DNA of 64,000 nt, from IMG/VR virus record IMGVR_UViG_3300042673_002211, positions 9,231-73,230 of that record. The stretch is one strand, 5' to 3'. The translations under genes were made by a program, and so were the position numbers. Position 1 is the first letter of the stretch, and every line of letters begins with the position of its first letter. The notes under the pieces were generated by a model, which saw only the letters and a program-made list of their open reading frames with translations, was not told where the DNA came from and did no database searches. Below are positions 1 through 10,583 of the stretch, piece after piece. This DNA comes from a virus.

Positions 1-2
1 GT

Positions 3-2219
3 ATTATAAATGAAGTTACTAAAGCTAACGTAATATTAGGCAATACTAAAAAAGGTTTTAGGGAGTTTCAAAATATCTCTAACCAGTTGTTATATAGCCA
101 AGAAAATATAACAAAGACTTCTGAAAAAGAAATTCAAAATCTTCAAAAAAGATCTGAAAAAAGTAAAATTCTTTTAGAACAGCAACAAAGACTATTACAA
201 TCTCAAAGAGTTAAAACAGATGAAGAAAAAGCAGCTTTAATTAATTTAAAAGGAGTTTTAAAAGAAAATGTAGGTGAAGTTGCAAAAACTAATCAAGCTT
301 TAGAAAGTCAATTATTAGATTTAAAAGCTATTAATGCTACTATAGGATTAACTGGTGCTATATTAAAAGGTATTGGTAATATCCCAGGCCTAAGTAAAAT
401 AGGCAATATGCTTAAAGTTGATGATGCTGTAGACTCAATGCGTGAGTATGCAGCCGAACAACTTAATCTAGAAAAAAATACAGATGAGTATCAAAAGAAA
501 TTAGCTAGAATAAATAAAGAACTAGAAAATACTGGGTCTCCCGCGAAGCAAAGAAGATTAATTCAAGAAAGAGAAGATTTAGAACAAGAGGCTCGTAATA
601 AATCTTTAAATTTTGTTACTAAATTAAATACAGCTTATGTAGGTATTAGTAAGTTAATTGGAGGTTTTAGTAAAGCTTTAGTTGATCCTCTAACAATATT
701 TACTGCTTTAGCTAAACAAGCCGGAAAAATTGATGAAGAATTAGTTGGATTCCAAAAGAATTTAATGCTTTCTCGCTCAGAAGCTATAACTCTTCGAAAG
801 GAATTATTACAAGCTGCAAGAGCTACTGGTTCTAATTTAATTAACACTAGTGATTTAGCTAAAGCTCAATCCAATCTTAATGAATTATTAGGAGTTCAAG
901 GTAAAATTGATGCTGATAATTTAGTTGTTCAAACTAGACTTACTAAACTAGTAGGCATCCAGGCTACTGAGGCAGCTCAATTACAATTTTTTGCTGAAGC
1001 TACCGGAGAAGATTTTGATCAACAATATACCGCTCAATTAAAAACTACCCAAGAAGTTAGTAAACAATTTGGGGTGCAAATCAACCAAAGAAAAGTATTA
1101 GAAGAAGTTGGTAAACAGGGTGCTTTTGCTCTAGCTCAATTTAGAGGTTCCGTACCAGCATTAACAGAAGCTGTAGCTAAAGCTACTGCTTTAGGTACCT
1201 CATTAGGTGCAGTAAATCAAGTAGCTAGTTCTTTACTTAACTTTGAAGATTCAATTTCTAAAGAATTAGAAGCTGAATTATTAATTGGTAGAGAAATTAA
1301 CCTAGAAAGAGCTCGTTATTTTGCTTTAACTAATGATATCAATGGTTTAATGGATGAGCTTAATAATGAAATGGGTACATTCAGTGATTTCCAGGGTATG
1401 AATGTTATCCAGCAACAAGCATTAGCTGAATCATTAGGAATGAACGTAGGTCAATTAAGTGAAATGCTATTAAAGCAGGAATACTTAAATGAACAAGGTG
1501 AAATAATTAAAGATGTAACAGACGAGGAACTAAGAAATAGACTTGAATCTTTATCTACCCAAACAAAGTTTAACCTAGCTATAGAAAAAATGCAAGGTTT
1601 AATAGGAGATTTAGTCCAGGGTCCCCTAGGTCATTTTATGAATATAATGGGTGCTATTTTAGAAAACTCAGTAGCTTTAGGTGCAATTTTAGGAGTTATA
1701 GCTACAGTACAAATAGCTAAAATGGTTAGTGGATTTGCTCAAGCCGCTATTGGACTTAGGGCAATGGCTACGGCTGCTAAAGGTACAGCTATTGCTAATG
1801 CTGCAGCCTATGCTATTGCTAATCCTTTTAAAGCTCTTGCGGGTTTGGCTGTTGCTGGTATTGCTATAGGGGGCATTGCTGGGTTAATAGCAGGTGCTAT
1901 CGGAAACGATATTCCAGGTGCTCAATTTGGCGCTGAGGTAACCGAACCTGGTTTTATTAAAGTAGGTGAAGTTGGTCCTGAAATTGTTCACCTTCCCGAA
2001 GGAGCAAAAACCACACCATTAAATGTAGCTGAACGTGGTGATCTAAGAGCTACTGCTACTCAAGTTGCCCCATTAGACTTAAAACCAATGTTGGATGAAT
2101 TAAAGAGTCTTAGAGAAGGATTTAATCGCCTCCCCTTAGCTATATCAAACATTAAGATGGTTACAGATATGAATCGCCTAGAGATAGGTAGAATGACAAA
2201 TGGTGCACAAGTCCAATAA
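3..2219 (+). CDS. Tape-measure-like protein, 5' truncated by the window edge
   Basis: The frame is open from base 3, upstream of the track's TTG at 87. Long Ala/Leu/Gln-rich helical sequence, late hydrophobic GA-rich stretch, C-terminal VGEVGPE motif common in tape measures; precedes tail genes. Confidence 0.7.
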   Translation: MINEVTKANVILGNTKKGFREFQNISNQLLYSQENITKTSEKEIQNLQKRSEKSKILLEQQQRLLQSQRVKTDEEKAALINLKGVLKENVGEVAKTNQALESQLLDLKAINATIGLTGAILKGIGNIPGLSKIGNMLKVDDAVDSMREYAAEQLNLEKNTDEYQKKLARINKELENTGSPAKQRRLIQEREDLEQEARNKSLNFVTKLNTAYVGISKLIGGFSKALVDPLTIFTALAKQAGKIDEELVGFQKNLMLSRSEAITLRKELLQAARATGSNLINTSDLAKAQSNLNELLGVQGKIDADNLVVQTRLTKLVGIQATEAAQLQFFAEATGEDFDQQYTAQLKTTQEVSKQFGVQINQRKVLEEVGKQGAFALAQFRGSVPALTEAVAKATALGTSLGAVNQVASSLLNFEDSISKELEAELLIGREINLERARYFALTNDINGLMDELNNEMGTFSDFQGMNVIQQQALAESLGMNVGQLSEMLLKQEYLNEQGEIIKDVTDEELRNRLESLSTQTKFNLAIEKMQGLIGDLVQGPLGHFMNIMGAILENSVALGAILGVIATVQIAKMVSGFAQAAIGLRAMATAAKGTAIANAAAYAIANPFKALAGLAVAGIAIGGIAGLIAGAIGNDIPGAQFGAEVTEPGFIKVGEVGPEIVHLPEGAKTTPLNVAERGDLRATATQVAPLDLKPMLDELKSLREGFNRLPLAISNIKMVTDMNRLEIGRMTNGAQVQ

Positions 2220-2225
2220 AGGTTA

Positions 2226-2234
2226 ATATTTATA
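2226..2234 (+). promoter_or_regulatory. Putative late-promoter motif ATATTTATA
   Basis: Intergenic. The same or a one-mismatch motif recurs in gaps at 10578, 18655, 18932, 20130, 24185, 33099, 40637, 58196 and 60780. Confidence 0.55.
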
Positions 2235-2259
2235 ATCAAAACCCTAAATCAATTTAGAT

Positions 2260-2589
2260 ATGTCATTATTAAATAAACTCCAATCACAAGGTTCAGATTT
2301 AACTTTCTGGGATGGTACTACACCTCCACCCCTTAAGAATACTGAAAAAACCCAAACTCAAATGCACTGGGCGGGTCCCACTGCAGCCACTGATGGTTAT
2401 TCATTAGATGGTAGCCCTAACCTACAAATCCAAAAGTCAGATTACTTTAGGTACGATGGTCCACAAAAAGCAGCTACAATTGTTTTACCACCACCTTCAC
2501 AATTAGACTTTTCTAATGGTGAATTAACCTCAGATAGATATAAATTAGGAGCTCCCGAAGGTAGAGGATTCTTAGTAAGCGGACTTTAA
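2260..2589 (+). CDS. Hypothetical protein, probably virion-associated
   Basis: ATG-started ORF in the tail module behind the late motif. Confidence 0.55.
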   Translation: MSLLNKLQSQGSDLTFWDGTTPPPLKNTEKTQTQMHWAGPTAATDGYSLDGSPNLQIQKSDYFRYDGPQKAATIVLPPPSQLDFSNGELTSDRYKLGAPEGRGFLVSGL

Positions 2590-2607
2590 TAGTCTTAATG
2601 GTTAAGT

Positions 2608-4755
2608 ATGCCTTTAATAACCTCAACGACTAATCTTAAGTCTCTAAAGTATGAAACATACACCCAAGCCCCTTATGTAATTACACAAATTCCTGATGAA
2701 CCTGAAAGTAACGGTTATCAGTTAATTAGTGGATTACCTCCTTTAGGTGGTGTTGGTGGTAATGTTACAGACTTTTTTAGGGGTGGATTTGGTCTTCCTA
2801 GAGCTGTAATTCAGGATGAGGTTAGGATAGGTAAATTCTTAACATCCCCTCAAGGTCTTTTATTTATAGGAAAACAACAACTTTTGTCTCGTATTGGAGT
2901 TCGAGAACAAAACACAGTTGGTCCTTTAAATGATGGTTTATATAATCCTTTAAGTACACTAGCAAGTGTAGCCGGTATAGGTGTTGGGGCGTATTTTGAA
3001 AAACAAACTCAAAGAACTTATTTAGAAAAATTACAACCCGAATTCACAGCCGGTGATGATGGGGCAGAAGATTATAATACAAATAGATTAGTACAACTAC
3101 GTAATAGTAAAATTTTAACGGGTGTTGCCACTAATAATAGATCTCTTACGATTTCACCTTCAAATAATGAAATTTTATCATATACGGGTGGTCCCGGTGC
3201 TGAATTAGGTATAGGTAATACTGTTATAGGATTTGCTGGAAATCCTGGTGGGGGTTATTTAAGAACAGGTATTAATAACAATAATGTTAAAAAATATCTA
3301 TATGTTGCAGAACCCAATCCTGCATCCCCTGATTTAATATCTGCACTTTCAAGACTACAAAATTTACTTATAGACGGAAAAGATACTAATAGTCAATCTT
3401 CCCTTTTATTTAATCCTGAATCAAAAGCATTAATCAAAACTCCTCCTGTTCTTAATTTAAGTAGAATAGTAGGTAATTATGGTGTTAGTAAACAATATGT
3501 TTTAAAAAAAGATACAAAATCAAGTATTTCAATTTTTAATGATCTTGAAAATGGAATAAATGTATTTGATGGTTCACAAAATGTAACTAATGATAAACCA
3601 TATAATAATAGAGCTACAGATGGTACCCCTAGTGGTGTATTAACTTACACTCAAGACCAACTTATTCAAGCAGGGAATAATACTCCTAATATACCTTCTA
3701 CAACAACAGGTTACTCAACTTATGGAGCTAAGTTAAGAGATTTTAGACAAGAATTATATGCTTCTTTAAAAACAGAAAATGGTAGACGTATTTCCAATAC
3801 TATATCGGCTGCCCCTGACTATACTGAAAAAAATATTGAAAAACGAGTCAATTTAGGAAATCCAGGCAGCCCCGCTTATAATAGATTTGATTATAGTAAA
3901 GGTATAGATTATAGCAATAATGGTAAAGGTATAAATGCTCTTGATACTATTACAGCATTCCCTATTTATAGGTCTACTAATGTTGATCCTAAACAGACTG
4001 ATGTTGGGGGCCCTTTAAATGATTTAGTTAAATTTAGAATAGCTGCTATAAACAATGATAATCCTTCCTTAAAGGATTTTATGCATTTTAGAGCATTCTT
4101 AAACTCTTTTATAGATAATTATAACCCAGAATGGAATTCTATTTCTTATGTAGGTAGAGGTGATAAACTTTATACTTACTCTGGATTCACACGCCAAGTT
4201 ACCTTATCTTGGACCATTGTAGCCCAATCAGTCCAGGAATTATTACCAATGTATAAAAAACTAAATTACTTAGCCTCTAATACTATGCCTGACTACAGCT
4301 CAGCAGGTTATATGAGAGGACCTTTAGTTGAATTAACTGTTGGAGCTTATTTATTTGACCAACCTGGCTTTATAAATAGTTTAACTTATACCGCTAATCT
4401 TGATGCGGGGTGGGAAATTGGTATAGGATCAGATGGTGAGAGTGCACAAACTACTGATTCAAACACTGATTCTAACCCAGGAATATTTGAATTACCTAAA
4501 ATGATAGATGTTTCAATGACCTTCACTCCAATCCCAGAATTTTTAGCTAGGAAACCTAAAGGAGTTTTCTTACCGTTCGATGCTTCACTAGATGAACAAA
4601 AAGATATTAAAGAATTTTCAGCAGCTAATAAGAGAGATGTTAACTTTTTACCACCGATAAATGCTGGATTAACAAACAATGAGGGATATTTAGTTCAACA
4701 AACTGAAAACTATATAGCGGTAACAAGAAAGGGTGACACATTTAGAAACTACTAA
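2608..4755 (+). CDS. Putative baseplate / tail-tube initiator-type structural protein
   Basis: C-terminal region (FRAFLNSFIDNYNPEW...GRGDKLYTYSGFTRQVTLSW...PLVELTVG) resembles tube-initiator-type domains; lies directly before the LysM and hub genes. Confidence 0.55.
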   Translation: MPLITSTTNLKSLKYETYTQAPYVITQIPDEPESNGYQLISGLPPLGGVGGNVTDFFRGGFGLPRAVIQDEVRIGKFLTSPQGLLFIGKQQLLSRIGVREQNTVGPLNDGLYNPLSTLASVAGIGVGAYFEKQTQRTYLEKLQPEFTAGDDGAEDYNTNRLVQLRNSKILTGVATNNRSLTISPSNNEILSYTGGPGAELGIGNTVIGFAGNPGGGYLRTGINNNNVKKYLYVAEPNPASPDLISALSRLQNLLIDGKDTNSQSSLLFNPESKALIKTPPVLNLSRIVGNYGVSKQYVLKKDTKSSISIFNDLENGINVFDGSQNVTNDKPYNNRATDGTPSGVLTYTQDQLIQAGNNTPNIPSTTTGYSTYGAKLRDFRQELYASLKTENGRRISNTISAAPDYTEKNIEKRVNLGNPGSPAYNRFDYSKGIDYSNNGKGINALDTITAFPIYRSTNVDPKQTDVGGPLNDLVKFRIAAINNDNPSLKDFMHFRAFLNSFIDNYNPEWNSISYVGRGDKLYTYSGFTRQVTLSWTIVAQSVQELLPMYKKLNYLASNTMPDYSSAGYMRGPLVELTVGAYLFDQPGFINSLTYTANLDAGWEIGIGSDGESAQTTDSNTDSNPGIFELPKMIDVSMTFTPIPEFLARKPKGVFLPFDASLDEQKDIKEFSAANKRDVNFLPPINAGLTNNEGYLVQQTENYIAVTRKGDTFRNY

Positions 4756-4757
4756 AA

Positions 4758-5057
4758 ATGAATCGTTATCAAACTATCCCAACTACTAAAACTACCTCAG
4801 GTAGAACTATTTACCGAACAGTTAAATATCCTGAGATTCCTTTAAATCCAAATGACATTTATGTTATTGCCAATAAAGGAGATAGGTATGATATTTTAGC
4901 TAACCAATACTATAGCGACTCATCCCTATGGTGGGTTATCTCTACGGCCAATAATAATGTAATCCAAAATAGCCTATACCTACCAGAAGGAACTCAAATC
5001 CGAATTCCCTCAGACGTTACTTTAGCAATAGATAATTTTGAAGTTATTAACTCATGA
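4758..5057 (+). CDS. LysM / tail-X-like baseplate protein
   Basis: GDRYDILANQYYSDSSLWWVISTAN...LPEGTQIRIP is a typical LysM/P2 gpX pattern. Confidence 0.85.
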   Translation: MNRYQTIPTTKTTSGRTIYRTVKYPEIPLNPNDIYVIANKGDRYDILANQYYSDSSLWWVISTANNNVIQNSLYLPEGTQIRIPSDVTLAIDNFEVINS

Positions 5058-8000
5058 ATTTAATAGGTGAAAGTTTTGATGATTTTGTAGGGACTCAAGT
5101 TAATCTTAGACAAAAATTTTATGGGTCATCAACCACAGTTCTTGAAGGTAGAGAACAATATCTCTATAATAAACAACCCTTTATTAAACTAGTCTCTAGT
5201 GTTAATATAGAAGCTGCAAAACTAAAAAAATTAGGTTTACCTGAAAGTTTAGCAGGTTCTAATTTAGCTAAATCTTTTGTATTATTTGCTGGTACTTCTG
5301 AATTTAAAGGCCTTAATAATGATGGTCAAGACCAATTTAGTTTTAAAGCAGGTTTAAATAATGATCAATCTATTTTAGGGGGTTCAGTTTATGGTTTAGG
5401 AGGCCTTGAATTTGGTCAAGTACCTATGCCTGGTATAACTTCAGCTACAGTCAGTTATAAAAACAGAGGTTCATTAAAAACTGCTACTATTAATGTTAAA
5501 GCTTATAACACAACTCAATTAAATATAATTGACGCTCTTTATTTAAGATTAGGTTACACTGTTTTATTAGAATGGGGGTGGGGAGCTAACTATTTAAATA
5601 ATAAGGGTGAAGTAGTCCCTCAAATAAGAAGAACTTTAGCTAATGAATTTTTAGATGGTACATTAGATAGTGGAAATATTTTACCTGCAATTACAAGGAG
5701 TAGAAGAAATCTAAGTGGCAATTATGATGCTCTTTATGGTACAATAACTAATTTTAATTGGTCATTCAATCCAGACGGCACTTATGATATTACTATAAGT
5801 TTGGTTAGTGTAGGCAATATTATTGAATCTTTAACTATAAATGATTATATTGGTAAAGGTAATCTTTTAACCTCGGATGATTTTCAAGAAGTACTTGATA
5901 ATGTTAAAAATCAATTAAGTAACCTTCCACAAAATAGATCTATTAATATTAACGGAACTCAAGTTCCAATTACTGTAAATTTTCAATCTTATGGTGGAAG
6001 TTCTTATGGTGGGGGTGAATATGTAACTATAACTGATAATAATGGTAAACTCTTAGGCTCAGGCCCCTCTCTTACAGGTCGTTTTACATATGAGGATGAA
6101 GCAATCTCAGCCCTCATAACCCTAAATACAGGTTTAGTTTCTCAAACTGAAATAACTGGCTCAGAAATAGGAGTTGTAGGAGGTAATGCTGGGCTTAATT
6201 CTTTAACCTATTATTTATATAAAAACATCCAATTAGAGTTAGATAATCCTAATAAAGCTATAATTCTTTCAAAAAGAAAAGGACAAATTGATTCAGTATT
6301 ATCTGTTTTAAAAGATGGTAGCACAACTTATGCTTGTAGAATTAATTGGGAAGGAAAAAGTGCAGTTAACGATTATATAAAATTTAGAACACTATTAAGA
6401 TGGATTCAAGATAATTTAATATATGATAATGTTAATGGTGCCAAAAAATCAAAAGCTATAACTTTTGATTTAAATGTAGGTGATAATCTTATTTATAAAA
6501 ATAAATATTCTGTAGCTACTGATTTTACTAAAGTAGTTACTCGTAATATAGGTTATCCTGATTTAAATACTGGAGAAAATACTTCAGATACTATTGATCT
6601 ATTAAACCTTCCACCTGATGTTGAGTTTACTAGTGATAAAAACCCAAATGCGGGTAAATTAATGAATGTTTTTTTAAACTTAACTTGGTTAGTAGAAACT
6701 TTAAAATCTAATGTTGATGACGAAGGTAATATATCATTATTTAGGTTTTTGCAAGGTATATGTCAAGGTATAAACTCATCTTTAGGGCATGTTAATAGTT
6801 TAGATGTAGTAGTGGATGAAGAAACTAACCAAATTAAATTTATTGATGATAAACCTATCCCCGGTATTCTAAAAGATTTTAATAAAAATACCACCCCAAC
6901 TAAATTTCAAGTATATGCTTTTTCTCCAAATGGGGGTAATTTAAGTGGTAGTTTTGTTAGAGATTTTAGTATTAGAACAGAGATAACTAATAAATTAGCA
7001 ACTACTTTAGCAGTTGGAGCACAAGCATTAAATGCCGTTGTAACTGAAAATGCTACAGCTTTACAATCTTGGAATGAGGGTTTAACAGATAGAACCGCTA
7101 AAATTAAACAAGAGGCTACAGATGCCCCAAAATTAGCCTCAACAGAATTTGGAAAATTCAACGAGGCTGGGTTAAACCCAACTGCTTACTCAAAACTAAC
7201 CTTATCCCAACAACAAGCTCTTTTACAATCTGTTCAACAAACTCTTCAACCCTCTTCATCTCAAACTGCACTCGAAAAATACAAAAATGAGATAGTAGCT
7301 TTTGTTACACTACTTGAAAAATATGATGATAAAACTTTAAGTGTAGATGACCTTAGTCAACTAAATAACTTAAATAAAAACTGGCAAAAATTCTGGTCTC
7401 AAACAATAGCCGAAGCAGAACAAAAGGCATCACCCAATGGTGTTGGATTTATTCCTATTAACCTAAATTTAACAATGGATGGTTTATCAGGTATGAAAAT
7501 TTACCAAACATTTATCATTGATAGTAAATTTTTACCCTTAAACTATCCCGAAAAACTCCAATTTCTAATTAAAGGTATTTCACATAATATTGATAGAAAT
7601 AGTTGGACTACTCAAATTGAAACTTTTAGTATACCTAAAGAAATAACTTCAAATAGCTCACAGGGTACACCAGAACCCCAAACCCCAGATACCACAAAAA
7701 CTGAAAAAGAAATAGGATTCCAAATTAAAGAATCTAATATAAAATACGAAGATAAAGATTCAACTCGTAAACCAATTAAAGAATTAACTTATAGTAATAA
7801 TGCTATAATTTTAATTAAACGTTTTGAAGGACTTAGACTAGAAGCTTATAAACCAACTCCAAAAGATAGATGGACTATTGGTTACGGTAGTACATTTTAT
7901 AAAAATGGAAAAGCAGTTGGTCAAGGAGATAGGTTAGGTTCTGAAAAAGTAGCTACAGAACTTTTAAAAGTTTCACTTAATAAATTTGAAAATATTTTAA

Positions 8001-8236
8001 AAACTAACCTTTCAACAGTTAAACTTAATCAAAATGAGTTTGATGCTTTAACTGCTTTTAATTACAATTTAGGTCCTAAATGGTCTATAAACAGTGGTCT
8101 AAGAGATTTATTAGTAAGTAATAATTACACTGGGGCTGCTAATAAATTACTAGAATACAATACACAAGATGGTGAAGTATTAAGAGGTCTAACTAGGCGT
8201 AGAAAAGCAGAAAGATTTTTATTTACCAAAATTTAA
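5054..8236 (+). CDS. Baseplate hub-like protein with C-terminal GH24 lysozyme domain
   Basis: Last ~150 aa (IKRFEGLRLEAY...WTIGYG...LNQNEFDAL.AF.YNLG...LRGLTRRRKAE) are phage lysozyme GH24; the N-terminal part is hub-like by context. Confidence 0.8.
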   Translation: MNLIGESFDDFVGTQVNLRQKFYGSSTTVLEGREQYLYNKQPFIKLVSSVNIEAAKLKKLGLPESLAGSNLAKSFVLFAGTSEFKGLNNDGQDQFSFKAGLNNDQSILGGSVYGLGGLEFGQVPMPGITSATVSYKNRGSLKTATINVKAYNTTQLNIIDALYLRLGYTVLLEWGWGANYLNNKGEVVPQIRRTLANEFLDGTLDSGNILPAITRSRRNLSGNYDALYGTITNFNWSFNPDGTYDITISLVSVGNIIESLTINDYIGKGNLLTSDDFQEVLDNVKNQLSNLPQNRSININGTQVPITVNFQSYGGSSYGGGEYVTITDNNGKLLGSGPSLTGRFTYEDEAISALITLNTGLVSQTEITGSEIGVVGGNAGLNSLTYYLYKNIQLELDNPNKAIILSKRKGQIDSVLSVLKDGSTTYACRINWEGKSAVNDYIKFRTLLRWIQDNLIYDNVNGAKKSKAITFDLNVGDNLIYKNKYSVATDFTKVVTRNIGYPDLNTGENTSDTIDLLNLPPDVEFTSDKNPNAGKLMNVFLNLTWLVETLKSNVDDEGNISLFRFLQGICQGINSSLGHVNSLDVVVDEETNQIKFIDDKPIPGILKDFNKNTTPTKFQVYAFSPNGGNLSGSFVRDFSIRTEITNKLATTLAVGAQALNAVVTENATALQSWNEGLTDRTAKIKQEATDAPKLASTEFGKFNEAGLNPTAYSKLTLSQQQALLQSVQQTLQPSSSQTALEKYKNEIVAFVTLLEKYDDKTLSVDDLSQLNNLNKNWQKFWSQTIAEAEQKASPNGVGFIPINLNLTMDGLSGMKIYQTFIIDSKFLPLNYPEKLQFLIKGISHNIDRNSWTTQIETFSIPKEITSNSSQGTPEPQTPDTTKTEKEIGFQIKESNIKYEDKDSTRKPIKELTYSNNAIILIKRFEGLRLEAYKPTPKDRWTIGYGSTFYKNGKAVGQGDRLGSEKVATELLKVSLNKFENILKTNLSTVKLNQNEFDALTAFNYNLGPKWSINSGLRDLLVSNNYTGAANKLLEYNTQDGEVLRGLTRRRKAERFLFTKI

Positions 8237-8241
8237 GTATT

Positions 8242-8862
8242 ATGGCTTTATATTACCCTCCTAATCAAATAAAACCTAATTTATTCGCCAATAGTGGTGA
8301 ATTTGTATTTTCTTCTAATACTTTACCATTTAGTGGTTCATATCACCAACTATCAAATGGTAGATACTATACCGGAGCTTTACATTCAAATGATAGTTTG
8401 GAAATTATCCCTATTACTTCTCTAACTCAACCTAGTAGTATATCAAATAATCCTAGAGTTAATGTTACTTTAGTGGTAATAGATGATACAAATACTGTAA
8501 ATAATACTTATTCTAGATTAACTAACCAAAATACTTCACCCAAAGAACTTCCAGTTAACCTTCAAAACTTACCAACCCTACAAGATTACCAGATAGGAGA
8601 ATTTACAAGATATTTTGCTAAAAAAATTAACCAAGACCTCTATATTGAGTTTACCCAAGATTTATATGATAGGTTAATTTCTCAAAATCCTTCAATATAT
8701 TACGAACAATATACAGCATTTAAACTTCCTTGGAGATTAATAGGAGATAAACAACAAGTAGCTCGTACTAATAAAAACATAGTAGATTTAACATCTCAAC
8801 AATTTAATTTATCTAAATTTGGAAGATACCTAAAGGATGATTACCTTAAGTACTACAAATAA
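8242..8862 (+). CDS. Hypothetical protein, end of structural module
   Basis: ATG-started 206-aa ORF following the hub gene. Confidence 0.55.
   Translation: MALYYPPNQIKPNLFANSGEFVFSSNTLPFSGSYHQLSNGRYYTGALHSNDSLEIIPITSLTQPSSISNNPRVNVTLVVIDDTNTVNNTYSRLTNQNTSPKELPVNLQNLPTLQDYQIGEFTRYFAKKINQDLYIEFTQDLYDRLISQNPSIYYEQYTAFKLPWRLIGDKQQVARTNKNIVDLTSQQFNLSKFGRYLKDDYLKYYK
8818..8849 (+). promoter_or_regulatory. Putative Bacteroidota-type promoter for the PolA-like gene
   Basis: TTTG-N20-TACCTTAA, the same spacing as other copies, inside the 3' end of the upstream gene. Confidence 0.45.
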
Positions 8863-8873
8863 AGGGTAAATAA

Positions 8874-10142
8874 GTGTTTTGGTTAATAGAAAATAAAGGT
8901 CAACTAGAGGAGTTTTGCTATAAGGGTTTTAAAGAAGCGTTTGTGGAGATAATCCCATACTCTCCATTTATTCACCCAATCCAAAATTCCATCTGTGCTA
9001 TCTACATCCGTCCAATAAGGGATGTAAAGGGGTATTTGCTACCCATTTTTCACACAGAGGTAGAAGAAAATTTATTTGAGGATAAGGTATTTAAGTTTAT
9101 AAAGGGGTTAGATAAAATATATTGTAGGGATAAAAAAGAATTTCTCCATTATTTTCCTCTTAAGCAGCTTATTGACATAACCCTATCCTCCACTACGTAT
9201 ATACAACCCACTTCGGCTCACGAATTTATATATAGAAAATACCATGATAGACCGGATGTAAACATATTAGTTCCAATAGTTAAACATTATGAATATTGTG
9301 AATCTATTTTTGAGGAATTAGAGCATTTGATAGATGAGCCTGTTAACGAGTTTTATAATCATAAAGTAAGTTGGATGCTATACGGTATTGAGCAAGCGGG
9401 ATTAACCGTTGATACCGCGCTATACGAGCAGTACTTTGAGCAAAGCACGGAGGGCGTGGTCTATACTCAATATAACTTTAAAACGCTAACAACACGCCCA
9501 TCAAATACATTCAATAAAATAAATTATGCCGCACTTAGTAAAGAGAACGGGTGTAGGAAAGCTTTTATCCCGCGTAATTCTTCGCTTGTTGAGCTCGATA
9601 TTGCAGCTTATCATCCTACTTTGTTGGCTAAGTTGGTTGATTATGATTTTGGTAATGAGGATATTTATAGTCACTTTTCGCAAATTTACGGATTGGATAG
9701 ACAAAATGCGAAAATTCTAACCCTACAACAACTATATGGGGGGATTTTACCACAATATGAGGAGCTTGAATTTTTTAAAAAGGTAAAAGTATATGTAGAT
9801 GATTTATGGGAGGTGTTCAATAACTCTGGGCAAGTTATCGTGCCAATTTCAGGATATTGCTTTAAAAAGGATAAGCTGGAAAACATGAACCCACAAAAAC
9901 TGTTAAATTATTTGATTCAAAACTTGGAGACAGCATATAACGTTAATATATTGTGGGAAGTATTCAAGATATTAAAAGATAAAAAAACTAAACTTGTATT
10001 ATATACATTTGATTCGTTTTTGTTTGATTGGAGCGACGATGAGCGCGAAGTTTTAACAGAGATTCAAAAAGTATTTAAAAAGTATAAATTAAACATAAAA
10101 GTTGCGCATGGAACCAGTTATGACTTTCGACCTACCATATGA
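8874..10142 (+). CDS. Small divergent family-A DNA polymerase-like protein
   Basis: TLTTRPS, CRKAFIP, motif A ELDIAAYHP, motif B RQNAKILTLQQLYGG, motif C LYTFDSFLFD. Confidence 0.75.
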   Translation: MFWLIENKGQLEEFCYKGFKEAFVEIIPYSPFIHPIQNSICAIYIRPIRDVKGYLLPIFHTEVEENLFEDKVFKFIKGLDKIYCRDKKEFLHYFPLKQLIDITLSSTTYIQPTSAHEFIYRKYHDRPDVNILVPIVKHYEYCESIFEELEHLIDEPVNEFYNHKVSWMLYGIEQAGLTVDTALYEQYFEQSTEGVVYTQYNFKTLTTRPSNTFNKINYAALSKENGCRKAFIPRNSSLVELDIAAYHPTLLAKLVDYDFGNEDIYSHFSQIYGLDRQNAKILTLQQLYGGILPQYEELEFFKKVKVYVDDLWEVFNNSGQVIVPISGYCFKKDKLENMNPQKLLNYLIQNLETAYNVNILWEVFKILKDKKTKLVLYTFDSFLFDWSDDEREVLTEIQKVFKKYKLNIKVAHGTSYDFRPTI

Positions 10143-10566
10143 TATTTATGGGGTAGACAACCCCATAAACTTCACAGATTTGAATAATAAGTTATTTTGT
10201 ACATTTACCACATTAGAAGGTGTAAATGATTTGGTAGACTCTATTCAAAGAAGTTATACTGTAATGTACAGTAAGATATTTGTATTAGAGGTTAAAAATA
10301 ACAATGAGTATGTTTTAACGTACAACATTGAGATGGCTAACATAGCTAGTATCCCAGAAAACACGATTTTGGTTCATCGTAAAAAAGAATCAAACACTCT
10401 ATATACAATTAACGCCCTGAACGAGCTTATTAAAAGCTTAAATGGTGGGGTGGTAGATACGCGTTTCCAGATTGACTGGCAACACTATAAAAACACCATT
10501 TTGCTAACTCAACAAAACGAGTTAAAGCAGCTAAGAACTAAAATCCACGAGATTATTGAACTGTAG
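10120..10566 (+). CDS. Hypothetical protein (start uncertain)
   Basis: ORF overlapping the end of the PolA-like gene; GTTATG start context at 10120. Confidence 0.6.
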   Translation: MTFDLPYDIYGVDNPINFTDLNNKLFCTFTTLEGVNDLVDSIQRSYTVMYSKIFVLEVKNNNEYVLTYNIEMANIASIPENTILVHRKKESNTLYTINALNELIKSLNGGVVDTRFQIDWQHYKNTILLTQQNELKQLRTKIHEIIEL

Positions 10567-10583
10567 TAAAAATTTGTATATTT

